Shown here: one piece after another, positions 61,263 through 64,000 of the stretch
Layout: each line of letters opens with the position of its first letter
How positions within the stretch are numbered: the stretch's first letter is position 1
Assembly (NCBI GenBank): GCA_009392005.1
Contig: VFHL01000001.1
Coordinates: 184,392 to 248,391, forward strand
Length of the DNA stretch: 64,000 bases
Reading direction: 5' to 3'
Source of the DNA: SAR202 cluster bacterium
GTDB lineage: Bacteria > Chloroflexota > Dehalococcoidia > UBA6926 > VFHL01
Program-made: the position numbers and the translations under genes
Notes under the pieces: generated by a model
Seen by the model: only the letters and a program-made list of their open reading frames with translations
Database searches by the model: none
Told to the model about the DNA's origin: nothing

Positions 61263-61380
61263 GTATCAACCTTCGTAATTAAATGTTCTAAGTATCTTTT
61301 GGTTATTAATCCACTTGCGTCCGCTTCGCATCAATGGCCAAGAATATCTTGTGCGAAAGTCAATTGTTGGCAGGTTTAGT

Positions 61381-61701
61381 TTACCAGCGTCCGCCGCCGC
61401 CGCCGCGTCCGCCGCCGCCGCCGCCGAAGCCGCCGCCGCCGCCGCGAGGTCCCCTGTCTTCTCTGGGTCGGGATTCATTTACTGTTAATACCCGGCCAGT
61501 GAGTTCTGTTCCGTTTAGCGCTGCTATAGCCGCTTCTGCTTCAGTTTGTGTTGGCATTTCAACAAAACCAAAACCCCGTGAGCGTCCTGAATCACGATCT
61601 TTAACGATACGTGCTGAGGTCACTTCACCAAAGGGGGTGAAAGCTGCTTCTAGACTTGCTTCCGTTTCTGAAAACGAAAGGTTCCCTACATAGATGTTCA
61701 T
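61381..61701 (-). CDS. RRM RNA-binding protein with Gly-rich tail (Rbp family)
   Basis: RNP2 IYVGNL, RNP1 RGFGFVEM, (GGC)n tail; SD GGAGGAG before ATG 61701. Confidence 0.96.
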   Translation of the reverse strand: MNIYVGNLSFSETEASLEAAFTPFGEVTSARIVKDRDSGRSRGFGFVEMPTQTEAEAAIAALNGTELTGRVLTVNESRPREDRGPRGGGGGFGGGGGGRGGGGGRW

Positions 61702-61964
61702 GCGTGCTCCTCCAAGCTTCTTCAACTAATTGAATCGTCTCTATCGTCTGCAAGCATCGCATGCGTGTCACCCTGGAAAATCCTTTAGAAACGCAAAAAG
61801 CGGAACGAGATTGCAACCTGATAATGGATTCCGTGGGATCATAACATAACTTAGGAAGTGTGTCTCCCCCCTTGAATTGTGTATTTGTTGTGGTGTTTTT
61901 CGCTACGCAATCATGCCTTGGTTTGAGGTGTAAGTGGGTTGTAATAGGGGTTCTTGGTCCTTAG

Positions 61965-62002
61965 AATTGATTACACCACGAGGGTTAGGGGTGTAATCAA
62001 TT
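61965..62002 (+). promoter_or_regulatory. 13-bp perfect hairpin overlapping the moaC SD and start codon
   Basis: AATTGATTACACC-12 nt-GGTGTAATCAATT. Confidence 0.6.
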
Positions 62003-62493
62003 TGGAAAAGCTATCACATGTCGATTCTGAATTAGGCCCACAGATGGTAGATATTGGTGACAAGGAAACAACGACGCGCGAGGCCATTGCGCGTGGACGT
62101 GTTGATATGGATGCCAAGACCTTGGACGCGATTGATAATTCTAAAACTCCCAAAGGAGATGTGTTATCAGTTGCACAGCTTGCCGGAATAATGGCTGCAA
62201 AAGAAACGCACCGTCTAGTGCCATTGACACACACGTTGTTGCTGGATTCAGTGGAGGTTAAATTATCTTTGAATAGTGAAACATCCTCTGTTGAAATTGA
62301 ATCCACCGTCCGGACTAAAGGGAAAACAGGTGCAGAGATGGAAGCTCTTACGGCGGTTGCCGTATCAGCTTTGACGGTATACGACATGTGTAAGGGGCTT
62401 GATAAACAAATGAAGATTCAGGATGTACGTCTTGTGAGTAAAACTGGTGGGAAAAGTGGTGATGTTCGTTTGGAGGATTACAGGCAGTCCTGA
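62002..62493 (+). CDS. moaC: Cyclic pyranopterin monophosphate synthase
   Basis: LSHVD...MVDI..K, KGDVL, LVPLTH, TGAEMEALTAV, YDMCK, KTGGKSG; TTG 62002 after AGGGGTG. Confidence 0.96.
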   Translation: MEKLSHVDSELGPQMVDIGDKETTTREAIARGRVDMDAKTLDAIDNSKTPKGDVLSVAQLAGIMAAKETHRLVPLTHTLLLDSVEVKLSLNSETSSVEIESTVRTKGKTGAEMEALTAVAVSALTVYDMCKGLDKQMKIQDVRLVSKTGGKSGDVRLEDYRQS

Positions 62494-62563
62494 CAATCAT
62501 CTTTTGGGTTCGTGTCAATGTTGCACGGATTTTATAGAACGTTATTTATGATCGTGGAGTAGG

Positions 62564-63304
62564 ATGGAAATATTCCCTCAAGTTCATTTGTTGAATCGTG
62601 TTCGTGGAGCAAATGTTTTTCTCTTGAATGATGTGGTTGCGCCAACCCTTATTGATTCTGGACTGCCGTTTAGTGGGCGCAGAATAATCAAGTCTTTTGG
62701 CGACGTGGGCCTTGAAGCGACAGGATTGAAGCAAATTCTTCTGACTCATCATCATGTCGATCATTCTGGCGGAGCTGCACAGGTTCGTGATCAAACAACA
62801 GCTAAAGTGCTTTGCCATGTTGAAGATGCGGAATTCTTGATGCGGGGGAGACGTCGCAAACGGAACATGAAATTTCATCAAGGTCCGAGTCCGGATGGGT
62901 TTTTAAGTGAAGGGGATATTTTGCCTATTCTCGGTGGTTTAGAAGTGCTACATACACCTGGACACACGCCAGGAAGTTTGTGCTTTTATCTTCCCCGCTT
63001 TAACGCTGTGTTTGTGGGGGATTTGTTTTTGCATACTTCGGATCGGCTTAGTCGTCCATCACGGGGAGCAACTTTTCACGAGCAACAGTATGAAGAGTCG
63101 TTAAGTCGTATTGCTGATTTGAATGTTGATGTATGTTTCCCCTCGCATGGATCGCCGATTTTGAGCAATGCGTCTGACGCCATAAAACGTTTGAGAGATG
63201 TGCCTAGTGGACGACGTTCACGATCCAAGTTCATAGGGAAAATGCGTGATGTGCCAAAAGTGATTCGTTTCGGCATCAGTTTGTTCAAGAAAAATGATCA
63301 TTGA
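62564..63304 (+). CDS. MBL-fold metallo-hydrolase
   Basis: THHHVDHSG, HTPGHTPG, GDL, PSHG. Confidence 0.92.
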   Translation: MEIFPQVHLLNRVRGANVFLLNDVVAPTLIDSGLPFSGRRIIKSFGDVGLEATGLKQILLTHHHVDHSGGAAQVRDQTTAKVLCHVEDAEFLMRGRRRKRNMKFHQGPSPDGFLSEGDILPILGGLEVLHTPGHTPGSLCFYLPRFNAVFVGDLFLHTSDRLSRPSRGATFHEQQYEESLSRIADLNVDVCFPSHGSPILSNASDAIKRLRDVPSGRRSRSKFIGKMRDVPKVIRFGISLFKKNDH

Positions 63305-63486
63305 ATCGAAAGTAACGTTTTTGATAATTTGAGTACGGATATGTTGTGTTATGAGTTCGTGTAAGAGACGTTAATTTGAGAAAATGCAGGTATGATTCAA
63401 ACGATTCAAACTTGGTCGTGTTGTTTTTATGCGATGGATTCTTTGTGATACAGTAGTTGCGTTCTTCTGATAGATGAGAGGTGAAC

Positions 63487-63888
63487 ATGCCTATTTACGA
63501 ATACGGATGTCGTAGTTGCAGGACAAGATCTAGCATCTTGGTGCGGTCTTATGACGCTCCTGAAGATCCCACTTGTCAGAATTGCGGTGCTTCCGATATC
63601 GTCAAACTTGTATCTGGTTTTGCGATCATTCGTTCCGAAGAAGATTTGATGAGTGGTCATGACCAAATGGATTGGTTGTATGATCTTGACCCGGATGACC
63701 CAGAAGGTCTTCAAAAGATTAAGGAATGGTCAAACAAGTCAGGTGTCCAGGACGATGGCCCTATGGGCCCAGACAATGTTCATCAAGATGATCTAGGAGT
63801 CCCCGGTTTTGGTCCTTCACCGATGATGGGTCCGACGATGCCAGGTGGATTTGATGATGGTGCTCACGGAGATTTTCACGGCATTTAG
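63487..63888 (+). CDS. FmdB-family zinc-ribbon protein with low-complexity acidic tail
   Basis: MPIYEY.C..C...C..CG; SD GAGGTG. Confidence 0.9.
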   Translation: MPIYEYGCRSCRTRSSILVRSYDAPEDPTCQNCGASDIVKLVSGFAIIRSEEDLMSGHDQMDWLYDLDPDDPEGLQKIKEWSNKSGVQDDGPMGPDNVHQDDLGVPGFGPSPMMGPTMPGGFDDGAHGDFHGI

Positions 63889-64000
63889 ATGGCCGTTTTG
63901 ATCACATGGCTGATCTTTCTTTGCCCGTCTTTTCTACGAATATTGGAGCCTCGAAAGCTGTGTGCTTTGGTTCGCTTGCTTTGGGGACAGTGATATCAAC

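Noticed and set aside
61266..61693. Poly-Pro ORF (61334..61693 +) and poly-Ala ORF (61266..61478 -)
   Set aside because: Alternative readings of the (GGC)n Gly-tail repeat of the RRM gene

Overview
Mostly core-genome bacterial DNA of moderate GC and dense coding. Gene content and style suggest Chloroflexota, probably Dehalococcoidia/SAR202-like (inference: short EF-Ts, type-2 IleRS with a T-box, split gcvPA/PB, SufS-SufU, MEP pathway, several divergent CoA-chemistry paralogs). The window holds two tandem Cys-less thiolase-fold genes plus the start of a probable DUF35 partner, purA, prs, secA, T-box-ileS, a cobalamin riboswitch with btuC-F-D, serS, gcvT-H-PA-PB, sufS-sufU, frameshifted prfB, tRNA-Pro(GGG), pheS-[Zn-ribbon ORF]-pheT-moeA, the rpsB-tsf-pyrH-frr-uppS-cdsA-dxr-rseP-ispG cluster, tilS, a Trk/Ktr K+ uptake pair, an RRM RNA-binding protein and moaC. 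I see no mobile element, prophage, CRISPR array or defence island, and no complete novel multi-gene system that I can support. The best leads are at a finer scale: a perfect 13-bp hairpin over the moaC ribosome-binding site with alternative pairing partners, a small Cys/His protein inserted into pheST and coupled to pheT, a ~100-aa acidic N-terminal extension on ribosomal protein S2, a GIHH-type IleRS2, an atypical prfB shift site (CTT TGA A), a probable CTG start for uppS, a Per/Fur-type box before sufS, and a structured leader on the RRM gene. All calls come from reading the sequence by eye; no searches or folding were run.
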